A stretch of DNA of 64,000 nucleotides from Promethearchaeota archaeon (lineage in GTDB: Archaea; Asgardarchaeota; Heimdallarchaeia; Hodarchaeales; Hodarchaeaceae). Where the stretch lies: positions 128,001-192,000 of the forward strand of contig JBHLMN010000002.1 in NCBI GenBank assembly GCA_048938105.1, in the 5' to 3' direction. Positions 30,823 to 40,685 of the stretch are shown in pieces. The position numbers and the translations under genes are program-made. Position 1 is the first letter of the stretch, and each line of letters begins with the position of its first letter. The notes under the pieces are model-generated. The model did no database searches, was not told the DNA's origin, and saw only the letters and a program-made list of their open reading frames with translations.

Positions 30823-31725
30823 GTGCGTAAAATCCCTTTTATCCAAACAAGTGTATTCACAGATGATCGTTTTCAATTCTCAGGTAATCAACTGGCTACA
30901 TTTTGGAATTTATCCGAAAAAGAGTTGTCAACAGATGAGATGCAAGGAATTACAAGAGAGATGAATTTCTCGGAAACAACATTTGTTTTCCCCACAAAAG
31001 AGCATAAATGTATCCGAAAGGTTCGTATTTTCACCCCAGGTCGCGAAATCCCTTTTGCTGGACATCCTACACTAGGTACAGCTTTTGTGCTAAGGAATCA
31101 GGGAATAATCGATTCAGCGAAAACAAAAGCTTTCCTGGAATTGGGAATTGGCCCAATTGCTGTTGAATTTCATGATAGTCTCGTTAAAATGCGCCAAGCT
31201 AAACCTGAATTCTTAGAAGAATTTCAAGATACTATAACTATGGCAAAGATTATAGGGATTTCATCAGAATTAATCTCACAAAATTACCCAATGCAATTTG
31301 TTTCTACAGGATTCCCATTCCTAATTGTCCCTCTTACATCCCTAGAAGCAATTCAGTCGATTAATTTAGATATAAAATTATTGATCAAAACATTGGAGGG
31401 ATTTCCTTCTCAAGAGCTGTTAGTTTTCACACCCAACACATTTTATGTTGATTCCCATGTACATGTTAGAATGTTTGCCCCTTCTGCAGGAGTTCCAGAA
31501 GATCCTGCCACAGGAAGTGCTGCAGGGCCATTAGGAGGGTATTTAGAAGAATATCAGGTTTTATCTAATCATCCGAGAGGGACAACGTTTGTTATAGAAC
31601 AAGGATATGAGATTAATAGACCTAGTAAATTGGTAGTCCAATGTGAGTATATGGAAAATGAAATATCAGAGGTAATCGTTGGTGGTGAAGTAAAACTAAC
31701 TGTCGAGGGGAAATTCTATCTCTAG
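30823..31725 (+). CDS. PhzF family isomerase
   Basis: GNQLA, SETTF, RIFTP..EIPFAGHPT, EDPATGSA and EQG motifs. Confidence 0.92.
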   Translation: MRKIPFIQTSVFTDDRFQFSGNQLATFWNLSEKELSTDEMQGITREMNFSETTFVFPTKEHKCIRKVRIFTPGREIPFAGHPTLGTAFVLRNQGIIDSAKTKAFLELGIGPIAVEFHDSLVKMRQAKPEFLEEFQDTITMAKIIGISSELISQNYPMQFVSTGFPFLIVPLTSLEAIQSINLDIKLLIKTLEGFPSQELLVFTPNTFYVDSHVHVRMFAPSAGVPEDPATGSAAGPLGGYLEEYQVLSNHPRGTTFVIEQGYEINRPSKLVVQCEYMENEISEVIVGGEVKLTVEGKFYL

Positions 31726-33071
31726 GATCTATCTATCACGGATTGCAGGAGACTCAAAAGATCCTCCACATCTTCTTTACTGACAAATCTATCCTGTGAC
31801 CGATGAAGCATGGCATTTCTTCTTAATCGTATTCGTTTTAAGTCCTTATTTTCCCTTATCGTTAGTAATTGTTCTCTTAATAGAGAATTAACAATCGACG
31901 GCCAAGTTTGATCTTCCTTTGGATATACGTTACGTTTCCACAAGACATCCCTAAAAAGAGTCTCTGTTGATCTCCATAAGAATAAAAAGGTTGAGATATG
32001 TTCATCTGTTGATAATTCGTCCCACTTCTCTAATTTCTTTGTTGCATAAAACAAGTCTAGTTTTAGTGATTCAGCTTCTTCTTCAGAGGATCCTAGCTCT
32101 TCTATTGCATCTGTTATTGAGTGACTTAGAAAGAACTGCATTTCTAGTTCTTCCTGTTTTTCTTTTGAAAGATCTAGGTTATTCAGCATTGAGGAGTATT
32201 GTTCTAGTACCAGAGCTCGAGCAACTTCTCTTCTCATGTAATCTCTGAGTTCTTCTTTGATGTGTCCCTCAATGAAATCAAAATATATTTTTGACACAAG
32301 ATCCCAGTTTGCTGCCAATTTAGTGCCAATTTTGTCTGCAAGAGGGAACCTTCTAATAGAATTTAACTCAATTTGTCTTGTTTTTACTTTTATATCCTGA
32401 TCAAGTGCTGGTAAAGACAAATTATAGCTTGTTTTACAGATTAGAGTTGCAAGATTTTTCCGTGAGTGGAATCCCAGTATTAATGAAAAAATCACAAATA
32501 AAGCGAAGAGTATTCCAAAAAAAGCCACATTTAATGGATTTATAATCTGATCTATATAGAGAAAATCCAAGTTTATTGAATTAAAATGAAGATAGATAAT
32601 TGTTCCAAGATTTATAATATTCATTAATCCATAACAGATTGAAAAAAGGAATAACGTTTCTCTGAAAGTTAACATTTTCTCATCAGGGATTGTTTCATCT
32701 CTAGTAAAATAAGAATCAATGTAACCCCTACGAAATAAAGTTTTTAATCTTGGGAGTAGTTCAATGTGTATATTTCTCTGTAGTTCCTTTTTAGTTTTCG
32801 CATCTAAGTCAATTTTCTTTAATAAAAAGATATTATTCATGTTTTGTCTTAATGATTGCGAATATTTTTCTGCAGCTCTACTGACTCTCACTATCAGGTA
32901 AGGTGAATAAATATAGAAAATATAAGCTGGAAATACCAGAAGAATAGTTGGAAGAATCAGGAATAGTTCAAATCTATTTGCCATAAAGAATAGATAAGCT
33001 TCGATTAAACTTATCTCATAAATTAAAGGGAAAATAATTCCTAAAACGAATCTATTTTCTCGTAAGGTCAT
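31722..33071 (-). CDS. Multi-TM membrane protein with C-terminal HEPN-like domain
   Basis: Four TM segments, then FLFLWRSTETLFR and RNAMLH (Rx4H) motifs. Confidence 0.65.
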   Translation of the reverse strand: MTLRENRFVLGIIFPLIYEISLIEAYLFFMANRFELFLILPTILLVFPAYIFYIYSPYLIVRVSRAAEKYSQSLRQNMNNIFLLKKIDLDAKTKKELQRNIHIELLPRLKTLFRRGYIDSYFTRDETIPDEKMLTFRETLFLFSICYGLMNIINLGTIIYLHFNSINLDFLYIDQIINPLNVAFFGILFALFVIFSLILGFHSRKNLATLICKTSYNLSLPALDQDIKVKTRQIELNSIRRFPLADKIGTKLAANWDLVSKIYFDFIEGHIKEELRDYMRREVARALVLEQYSSMLNNLDLSKEKQEELEMQFFLSHSITDAIEELGSSEEEAESLKLDLFYATKKLEKWDELSTDEHISTFLFLWRSTETLFRDVLWKRNVYPKEDQTWPSIVNSLLREQLLTIRENKDLKRIRLRRNAMLHRSQDRFVSKEDVEDLLSLLQSVIDRS

Positions 33072-33206
33072 AGTAAATCAGCTTTATTGAACAATATATT
33101 CAGTTTTTAAAGTAAAAAACTCTCTTTTATAATAACTATTCTTGGTTTTACATTTTTTATAGAGATTTTTATCTTATAATGTTAAAAAGGAGGTAAAAAG
33201 ACAAGG

Positions 33207-33246
33207 AAAAAAAAAGAGATGGTACCATGAAAGATGATAAAGGTAC
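33207..33246 (-). terminator. Putative terminator of histone gene 1
   Basis: GTACC/GGTAC inverted repeat followed by a T9 tract on the minus strand. Confidence 0.45.
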
Positions 33247-33450
33247 CTATTTTGTTGCTGCCAACTTAATGTCAGATTCTTTTACTGTCTTTCGACCAGA
33301 GTGACGGGCAATCTCAACCGCATATTTGGCGATAGTCGTCCCGTAGTTTGTGAGAACCTCATTTAAGCGATCGATCGCGTCAGCAGATACACGGTGTGCA
33401 CCAGCGGTTCTTATAAGTTTCTCAACTCTGGCTCTTGCAAAACCGGCCAT
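33247..33450 (-). CDS. Archaeal histone (HMf family)
   Basis: ARVEKLIRTAGAHRVSADA...ARHSGRKTVKESDI histone fold. Confidence 0.95.
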   Translation of the reverse strand: MAGFARARVEKLIRTAGAHRVSADAIDRLNEVLTNYGTTIAKYAVEIARHSGRKTVKESDIKLAATK

Positions 33451-33482
33451 TTTTTATACACCTTTTCTCCTAGATAACAGTT

Positions 33483-33546
33483 GTGAGTTCTTGTTTAAGC
33501 TCACTGTAGTTAAAGAAAATCACCTAGTTTATAAATCTTACTCTAC
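33483..33546 (-). promoter_or_regulatory. Histone 1 promoter: TATA box plus GTGAG-N12-CTCAC inverted repeat
   Basis: GTAGAGTAAGATTTATAAA (33528-33546) identical to the histone 2 upstream; inverted repeat at 33483-33504. Confidence 0.7.
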
Positions 33547-33823
33547 TTTTGTCATCTAGTTCCTTGTACTCCTCGCGATAATACTATGTAAATAAGTCAT
33601 ATTAAGATTGATGAAAAAAAGAGGGAGGTATAATGTTTTAATCAACGCTCATATTGTTCATTTTAAGCTTAGTAAAGTCTCTTTTGTTCAGTTTATTACG
33701 GATAAAAGGGCTCTATCTGAAAGAAATAGTTAAAGCTAGGGAACAGTATCGTTCTATAAACTTATGAATATTCAAAAAACGGAATTTAGACACATCTTCA
33801 AAGAACAGGAAGTATAACTATAT

Positions 33824-33854
33824 AAAAAAGGGGGAAAAAGAGGAAAATATCCTC
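33824..33854 (-). terminator. Putative terminator of histone gene 2
   Basis: GAGGA-TATTT-TCCTC hairpin followed by T tracts. Confidence 0.5.
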
Positions 33855-33880
33855 AAACAGCCGTTAGATTGTTAGATTCC

Positions 33881-34084
33881 TTATTTTGTTGCTGCGAGTT
33901 TAATGTCGGATTCTTTTACAGTCTTACGGCCAGAGTGTTGAGCGATCTCAACAGCATATTTAGCAACAGTGGTGCCATAGTCAGTTAATATTTCATTCAG
34001 GCGTTCAATTGCCCCAGCTGACACTCTATGTGCACCAGCAGTTCTAATAAGTTTTTCAATTCTTGCTCTCGCAAAACCAGCCAT
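33881..34084 (-). CDS. Archaeal histone (HMf family), tandem paralogue
   Basis: Near-identical to histone 1; start at ATG 34084 after an AAGGTG SD. Confidence 0.95.
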   Translation of the reverse strand: MAGFARARIEKLIRTAGAHRVSAGAIERLNEILTDYGTTVAKYAVEIAQHSGRKTVKESDIKLAATK

Positions 34085-34118
34085 TTTAAATTTCACCTTT
34101 TCTTGTAAGATAGTCATC

Positions 34119-34183
34119 GTGAGTTTGTATTTCAACTCACACATATTTGCCAAAATTTTTCTCCTTTATAAATCTTACTCTAC
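34119..34183 (-). promoter_or_regulatory. Histone 2 promoter: TATA box plus GTGAG-N12-CTCAC inverted repeat
   Basis: Same 19-bp block at 34165-34183; inverted repeat at 34119-34140. Confidence 0.7.
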
Positions 34184-34493
34184 CACAGTCGTTTTTTGTT
34201 CGTACTCCTGACTTTAGTTCAAGTATGGTAGGTCACATTATTATAGACCTCTTGGTAGCGCGAATAAATAATGAAGACTAAGACAGATAAGGGATAAGAG
34301 GAGAAAATTCATTTCTCCCCTTATGACGCTATTTGATATAACTTAGGTATAAAACTCCTTCTTTTTGCGATTAAGCCAAGGTGAAAATTTAATATTAAAT
34401 AATCATAATGGTTGAAAATATAAGAGAGAAACTATCTATCTAGGTGCTTCATTTTGATATTCAATATAAAAGATTTAAAAAAAGAAGAACTTC

Positions 34494-35243
34494 CTATTTC
34501 TTAGCCTTTCCTTGGTTTGCTACTTTTTGAATTGCTTTTTTGACTTCTTCTGGATCCCCTAGATAATAGTGTTCAATTGGTTGAATATGATTATCTAGCT
34601 CGTAAATCAAAGGAATTCCAGTTGGGATATTAAGCTTTAAAATCGCATCATTTGGAACCTCATCTAAATACTTTACCAAAGCACGAAGGCTATTTCCATG
34701 AGCAGAAATCAAAACTCTTTTTCCAGATTTAATTGAAGGTAATATAACTTCGTGCCAATAAGGAAGAACTCTGGCAACAGTATCTTTCAGACATTCTGTT
34801 AATGGTATCTCTTGTTCATTTAGATTATTGTATTTTGGATCATTACCAGGATAACGTTTATCATTCATCTTTAGAGCGGGAGGAGGGGTATCATAGCTCC
34901 TTCTCCATATTAAGACTTGCTTTTCACCATGTTTTGCAACAGTTTCAGCTTTATTAAGTCCTTGAAGAGCCCCATAATGTCTTTCATTTAATCTCCAAGA
35001 GCGAGAAACTGGGATCCACATCAAGTCCATTTCGTCCAAGACAATCCACAAAGTTCGGATAGCTCTTTTAAGAACTGAGGTGTAAGCAATGTCGAAGATA
35101 TATCCTTTTTCATTAAGGACTTGACCTGCATTTCTAGCTTCCTCAATACCTTTTGCTGATAGATCAACATCAGTCCAACCAGAAAAAAGACCACTTTTAT
35201 TCCAAGTAGATTCCCCGTGACGAAGAAGCACAACTTTATACAT
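34494..35243 (-). CDS. gpmA: 2,3-bisphosphoglycerate-dependent phosphoglycerate mutase
   Basis: RHGES.WN, LNERHYG.LQG, WRRSYD and AHGNSLR motifs. Confidence 0.96.
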   Translation of the reverse strand: MYKVVLLRHGESTWNKSGLFSGWTDVDLSAKGIEEARNAGQVLNEKGYIFDIAYTSVLKRAIRTLWIVLDEMDLMWIPVSRSWRLNERHYGALQGLNKAETVAKHGEKQVLIWRRSYDTPPPALKMNDKRYPGNDPKYNNLNEQEIPLTECLKDTVARVLPYWHEVILPSIKSGKRVLISAHGNSLRALVKYLDEVPNDAILKLNIPTGIPLIYELDNHIQPIEHYYLGDPEEVKKAIQKVANQGKAKK

Positions 35244-35350
35244 TTAAACACCCATTTTTTTAACACTATATTGATTAATGCAATGAATATACCCTTATTA
35301 TACGTGAAATATTGTATTTTATTTTAGAATAAACCTGTTGGTGGAAAAAA

Positions 35351-35803
35351 TTATTTCACAATTTGATAGAATATTCCCTTATTCCCTTTTTCTTCCTTTT
35401 TCACAAAGCCATCAATTACTAATTGATTAAGATAAATTGTTTCAGTAATTTTTTTCCGATGACTAATTCGAGCTATGTGACCTGCTGTAACTGGTTTCTC
35501 AAATCTTCTTAAGATACTATAGGTACGTCTAAATCGTCTCGGGATGGGGATAAATCTCTCATGAGCTTTTATTTCCGAGGCGATTTCTCTTGAGATTCCT
35601 GCTTGTCTAGAGTCCAAGATTAAATTGATAGCCTCCTTAACTGTAATGATCTTTGTATCGTTTTTCCAAGAGCGTTCAATGCCAGTAAGTAGGTCGTTAA
35701 TTTGCATATGACTGTTTTTAATAACTTCAAGGGCACTAGGAGTAATCTGGAAATCCAGGGCTTTCAATTTATCTAGGAAATCACTTTCAGACATTATAGA
35801 CAC
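35351..35803 (-). CDS. Small protein with helical N-terminal domain and C-terminal winged HTH
   Basis: VTAGHIARIS....ETIYLNQLVIDGFVKK wHTH pattern. Confidence 0.65.
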   Translation of the reverse strand: MSIMSESDFLDKLKALDFQITPSALEVIKNSHMQINDLLTGIERSWKNDTKIITVKEAINLILDSRQAGISREIASEIKAHERFIPIPRRFRRTYSILRRFEKPVTAGHIARISHRKKITETIYLNQLVIDGFVKKEEKGNKGIFYQIVK

Positions 35804-35953
35804 TCTAAGTCAAAAATACTTTTACAAACAAGCAAATATATATTCATCTCTCTCAAAAGCTTTTCGCTTTAAAACACTATTCAGAGAGCTTAATGGACTT
35901 TTAACAATGATTTGATAAAATTTTTAAATTAAAGTACAAAATATAACAATGAA

Positions 35954-36436
35954 ATGAAAGAATTCAATGAAACTCGTAAGACATGCATATATCGGGATAA
36001 TCAAAGGTGTACTTACTGGCAAAACGAAACACAATGCCATTTTTTAGCATGTCCTCTTTATTCTTACAAGATATCTGAAACAACTAAGAAAGGAGTTAAA
36101 AAACGTATTACAGATTCTGTCGTCTTTGATATTGATGATTTTGATAGAAACAGGACTACAACTTTAGACTTGATACAAGAAGTGCGAACCAACGAGTTAA
36201 GACATCTAGATCGAAAAAAACAGAAAACTCAAGGAGGATCTATAGTTAAGAAGCCAGTTCAACGTATGAGGTGTATTGTATGCGGGGAACTCATAGATGA
36301 TGACAAATTTTCGACTATTCGTGACCCAAGTGGTGTGATAATCTATATCCATTCTAAAGGTAAATGTCAAGCTCGAAAAGAACAGTTTCTAATGATACGA
36401 GAAGAATGGTTGAAGACCCATACTTCAGATGATTGA
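35954..36436 (+). CDS. Hypothetical Cys-rich (zinc-binding) protein
   Basis: N-terminal C-x6-C-x8-C-x4-C cluster and C-terminal CIVC..H...C. Confidence 0.6.
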   Translation: MKEFNETRKTCIYRDNQRCTYWQNETQCHFLACPLYSYKISETTKKGVKKRITDSVVFDIDDFDRNRTTTLDLIQEVRTNELRHLDRKKQKTQGGSIVKKPVQRMRCIVCGELIDDDKFSTIRDPSGVIIYIHSKGKCQARKEQFLMIREEWLKTHTSDD

Positions 36437-36439
36437 TGT

Positions 36440-36694
36440 TTAAATTGTTTCTGATTCAGTGGGTGGTTCTTTCTTTCTAGTGTAGTATCTTTGTCCGATT
36501 AGATGTGTTGTAATAAGCAAGAAAAAGCTGATAATAAGTAAGGCCAAGCTAAAGAGCTTTGGAAAAGGTTCTTTGAGAGCAAAAAATAATATTACGGAAC
36601 ATATTGTGCTCATAAGGCTTAAGAGGAAAAAAAGAATAAGAAGAAAAGGCGTATCCTCTTTAGGAAGTATTTTCACAACTAGTAACACCACCAA
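36440..36694 (-). CDS. Small membrane protein
   Basis: Two hydrophobic helices. Confidence 0.5.
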   Translation of the reverse strand: MVVLLVVKILPKEDTPFLLILFFLLSLMSTICSVILFFALKEPFPKLFSLALLIISFFLLITTHLIGQRYYTRKKEPPTESETI

Positions 36695-36906
36695 AATTCG
36701 GGTTGAATCTTACATATTATGTAAACCAATTCTTGATTATCTCATTTTACTCCCCTGTATTTAGAGTTTATCCTCAATAGAAAAAAAATGAAATGAACAT
36801 ACTTGATATAATTTCAATTATCAACTCCAACAGGTTTTTTCGATTTTCTGATTAATTCTTAGAGTCTGCCTCAGAAAACCATTTTAAGAAAGACAGGAAG
36901 TTCTCT

Positions 36907-38982
36907 GTGTACACGAAAATTGAAGTGAGAATCACGATGTCAATCAAGAGTAAAGATTTTGTGCTGTTAAAATTTCCACACTCTCCTGCTATTTCTCCAG
37001 ATGGTAAAAAATTGGTGTTTGCAGTTAAAAAGGTGAATCAGAAGAAAAATCAATATAAAAGCCCAATTTACCTTAAAATCGCCGAAAAGAACGGATATAA
37101 GCAGCTAACTGCAGGAACTCATGTAGATACGGCCCCCCAATTTTCCCCATCAGGTGAATACCTTGCTTTTCTTTCATCTCGAGCTGAAAAAGGAACACAA
37201 GTATTCATAATGCCTATTGATGGTGGGGAAGCCTTTCAGGTAACTGAATTTCCACAAGGAGTTCTGAGTTTTAGCTGGAGTCACGATAGTAAATTAATCC
37301 ATGTAATTGCCCGAGTAAATGAAGAAGAGTTAAGACTCGTTTTGGATCCCAAGAAAGAAAAGGTTCCATCTTTTGTGCTAGAACCCGTGGAATTTAAGGT
37401 CTATAAATCTAGAAAAAAAGAGCTTAAGGAGATAAGGACTGATCCAAGAGTTATTTCTGATGGTTACTGCAGGGAAGGGACATCTTACTTGGATGGTCGG
37501 TTTAATCAACCTTTTATTGTAAATATATCCAAATTTAACACTGAATTCACGCAAGAAATTCCCAAAAAAGTCATTCATATAGGAGAACATGGATTCCATT
37601 TTAATTTGGGGACTTTTTCCCTTGATAATCGGACAATTTTCTTAGCTAAGTATGCAGAAGATCCTAGTGTTACATTAGAACAAGAGATTCTAAAAGTTAA
37701 CATTTCAGATCCTTCAGAAAAAATATTTATTGGACGGGTATTTGGTAGGGGGATAGAAAATCTTCAATTATCTCCAGATGGAAGATATCTCTCTTTTCAT
37801 GCGATAAGAAAAGAGAAAATCGTGTATGATGATAGTCAAATCTTTCTATTTGATGTGAAAAAGCAAGAGGTTGGCAATTTTGTCTGCATTACAGAAAATT
37901 ATAATCGATCAGCGATTCAATCATGTTGGTTAAATGAAAGCACCTTATTATTCTTAAGTCCAAGTAATGGAAAAATAAACATCCATAAGATAGATATTAA
38001 TACAAAGAAAACAGAGACTGTTGTCAAGGGAGACAGAAACATTAATAGCTTTGCAATTTCAAAAAACGGAAGCCGTATTGCTTATGAAGTATCTCATGTT
38101 TCATTTCCAAGTGATATTTTTTGGTGTAAGGCTGATGGATCGGCTGAAGAGAGAGTAACTGAAGCAAACGAGGAATATCTAAAGACCCATGTTCCTGCAA
38201 AAGTAGAAGAGTTTAGTTTTGAAAAAGACGGAGTTAATTTTCAAGGGTGGCTCTTGTTATCAGCAGATTATAATCCTACTGAAAAAATACCCGTTGTTCT
38301 TGAAATTCATGGAGGGCCAGCTGTTATGTGGACTCCACATGAGAAGACCCTTTGGCATGAATGGAATATACTTGTATCAAAAGGTTATGCAGTTGTTTTC
38401 TGTAATCCAAGAGGATCTGATGGATATGGTATTGATTTCCGAGCTGCTATATATAAAAATTGGGGAGAAATCGCTGCAAACGATATATTAAAAGCGTTAG
38501 ACACTGCCTTAGCAAAATATTCATTTTTAGATTCAAATAGAGTTGCAGTCACTGGCGGGAGCTACGGAGGTTACATGACCTCATGGCTTGTCACCCAAAC
38601 CAACCAGTTTAAAGCAGCAATCAGTCAACGTGGTGTTTATGAATTTGTAGCTTTTAGTACAACCACGGATATTCCAGCTTGGTTTGAAAAACAGTACGAA
38701 GGCGAAATTATTGACCGTTTTGCAGATATCTGGAAAGATTCTCCAGTTGCTCATATTAGGAACTTGCAAACTCCACTTTTAATAATTCATTCTGAGAATG
38801 ATTTTCGAGTTCCTATTGTTAATGCTGAACAACTATTTTGGTTGGGAAAAAGATATGGAAAAACTTTAGAATTAATCCGTTATCCTCGAGATGGCCATGA
38901 GCTCTCCCGAAGTGGCGAACCGAGGCATGTAATTGACCGCATAAACAGAATCGTAGATTGGATTCAAAAATACAACAAATAA
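36907..38982 (+). CDS. S9 family peptidase (acylaminoacyl/dipeptidyl peptidase)
   Basis: SPDG beta-propeller repeats; HGGP, GGSYGG, D.RVP and GHE catalytic motifs; probable start at 36937. Confidence 0.93.
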   Translation: MYTKIEVRITMSIKSKDFVLLKFPHSPAISPDGKKLVFAVKKVNQKKNQYKSPIYLKIAEKNGYKQLTAGTHVDTAPQFSPSGEYLAFLSSRAEKGTQVFIMPIDGGEAFQVTEFPQGVLSFSWSHDSKLIHVIARVNEEELRLVLDPKKEKVPSFVLEPVEFKVYKSRKKELKEIRTDPRVISDGYCREGTSYLDGRFNQPFIVNISKFNTEFTQEIPKKVIHIGEHGFHFNLGTFSLDNRTIFLAKYAEDPSVTLEQEILKVNISDPSEKIFIGRVFGRGIENLQLSPDGRYLSFHAIRKEKIVYDDSQIFLFDVKKQEVGNFVCITENYNRSAIQSCWLNESTLLFLSPSNGKINIHKIDINTKKTETVVKGDRNINSFAISKNGSRIAYEVSHVSFPSDIFWCKADGSAEERVTEANEEYLKTHVPAKVEEFSFEKDGVNFQGWLLLSADYNPTEKIPVVLEIHGGPAVMWTPHEKTLWHEWNILVSKGYAVVFCNPRGSDGYGIDFRAAIYKNWGEIAANDILKALDTALAKYSFLDSNRVAVTGGSYGGYMTSWLVTQTNQFKAAISQRGVYEFVAFSTTTDIPAWFEKQYEGEIIDRFADIWKDSPVAHIRNLQTPLLIIHSENDFRVPIVNAEQLFWLGKRYGKTLELIRYPRDGHELSRSGEPRHVIDRINRIVDWIQKYNK

Positions 38983-38998
38983 TAAAGATGTTATTAAA

Positions 38999-40615
38999 AT
39001 GGCTGTGAAATTTTGGAGGCGTCCTCTTTCTGGCCGTTCCGCAGTACATGCATGCAATGGCATGGTAGCTTCTTCTCAACCACTCGCTTCTCAAACTGGT
39101 ATTCATATACTCCAATCAGGTGGAAATGCCTGTGATGCGATCGTGGCTATGGCAGCTGTATTAAATGTTGTTGAACCGTTTTCAACAGGTATTGGTGGAG
39201 ATGCTTTTGCACTCTTGTATATTCCAGGTGAAAAATCACCAAAAGCAATTAATGGATCAGGATATTCCCCTGAAAGTTTATCTTACAATTATCTTGTAGA
39301 AGAATTAGCTTTAGTTCAAATGCCAATAACAGGAGTAATACCTATTACTGTACCTGGTGCAATCAGTGCGTGGGAAATGATTCACAAATCTTATGGAATT
39401 CTTCCTTGGGAAGAAATTATCCAACCAGCAATAACATACGCTCAGAAAGGCTTTCCAGTTAGTCCTGTTATCGCTCAGGTTTGGAATGAGCTAGTCCCTA
39501 AACTCCTTACTCATAATGGTGCGACTAAAAACTATTTAATCAATGGTGAAAGAGCTCCTGTTGCAGGTGAGATATTTAAACAGAAAGCGCTTGCATCAAC
39601 TCTGAAAATTATTGCAAAACAAGGTGCAGAAGCCTTCTATAGAGGCGAACTGGCAAATAGAACAGTAAAATTTCTCCAAAATCAGGGTGGTTTTATAAAA
39701 ATATCTGACTTAGAAAATTATAAGGCTGAATGGACAACACCTATCTCTCAAGAAATCTATAATAACATAATATGGGAACACGGTCCAAATGGTCAAGGAT
39801 TAACAACCCTTCTAATTCTCAATATTGTCGAGGAATTAGACATTGCTAGATATCCCCATAATTCAGTAGCTTATCTCCATCATTTTATTGAATCCAAAAA
39901 GATCGCTTTTGCAGATGCCTTTGCACAAATTGCAGATCCAAGATTCATGACAATTTCTCCTTCAAAATTACTTTCTGAAGAATATACTCAGATTCGTGCC
40001 AGTCAGATTAATCCTAGACGAGCAATGAACCCAATAACCCCTCCTCTTGAAGTAGGAGAAGATACTGTTTATTTAACCGCAGCTGATAAAGACGGGATGA
40101 CGATTTCATTCATCAATTCTCTTTATTATGGTTTTGGTTCTGGGATTGTAGATCCACAAACAGGTATTGCATTTCAGAATCGAGGAGCAGGATTTTCATT
40201 AGTAAAAGGTCACCCTAATCAATACTTACCAAAAAAACGTCCATTTCATACTATTATCCCAGCAATGGTAACTTCGCCTGAAGGTGAACTAGAATATTCC
40301 TTTGGGGTGATGGGGGGTCATCATCAACCTCAAGGTCAAGCACAGGTTTTTCTTAACCTAATTCTGTATGAAATGGATCCACAAGAAGCTATTAGTTGTC
40401 CAAGGTTTCATCACGATCAGATATCGAATGCAGTAGCTTTAGAAGATCCTATTGGAGTTAATGTTAGGGCAAAATTGCGAAAACTTGGCCACACGATAGT
40501 TGATTCTGTGGGAACTAACTTTGGAGGTGGACAGATTATTCGATACGACTCTTCAAAGAAATGTTATGTTGGTGGATCTGATCCACGTAAAGATGGACAA
40601 GCAAATGGATACTAG
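38999..40615 (+). CDS. ggt: Gamma-glutamyltransferase
   Basis: GGNA.DA, GIGGD, TVPG, DTVY nucleophile Thr, RPFHTIIP and SDPRKDG motifs. Confidence 0.93.
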   Translation: MAVKFWRRPLSGRSAVHACNGMVASSQPLASQTGIHILQSGGNACDAIVAMAAVLNVVEPFSTGIGGDAFALLYIPGEKSPKAINGSGYSPESLSYNYLVEELALVQMPITGVIPITVPGAISAWEMIHKSYGILPWEEIIQPAITYAQKGFPVSPVIAQVWNELVPKLLTHNGATKNYLINGERAPVAGEIFKQKALASTLKIIAKQGAEAFYRGELANRTVKFLQNQGGFIKISDLENYKAEWTTPISQEIYNNIIWEHGPNGQGLTTLLILNIVEELDIARYPHNSVAYLHHFIESKKIAFADAFAQIADPRFMTISPSKLLSEEYTQIRASQINPRRAMNPITPPLEVGEDTVYLTAADKDGMTISFINSLYYGFGSGIVDPQTGIAFQNRGAGFSLVKGHPNQYLPKKRPFHTIIPAMVTSPEGELEYSFGVMGGHHQPQGQAQVFLNLILYEMDPQEAISCPRFHHDQISNAVALEDPIGVNVRAKLRKLGHTIVDSVGTNFGGGQIIRYDSSKKCYVGGSDPRKDGQANGY

Positions 40616-40685
40616 GATTAATTGAACTTATGAAAGATGTCATGATATAAAACAATCAGTATTCATTCTTATTGGCTTTAAGAAA

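Noticed and set aside
34085-34153. N-terminal tail on histone 2 suggested by the ORF track
   Set aside because: The paralogue starts at MAGF, an SD precedes ATG 34084, and the extension overlaps the conserved promoter/UTR element
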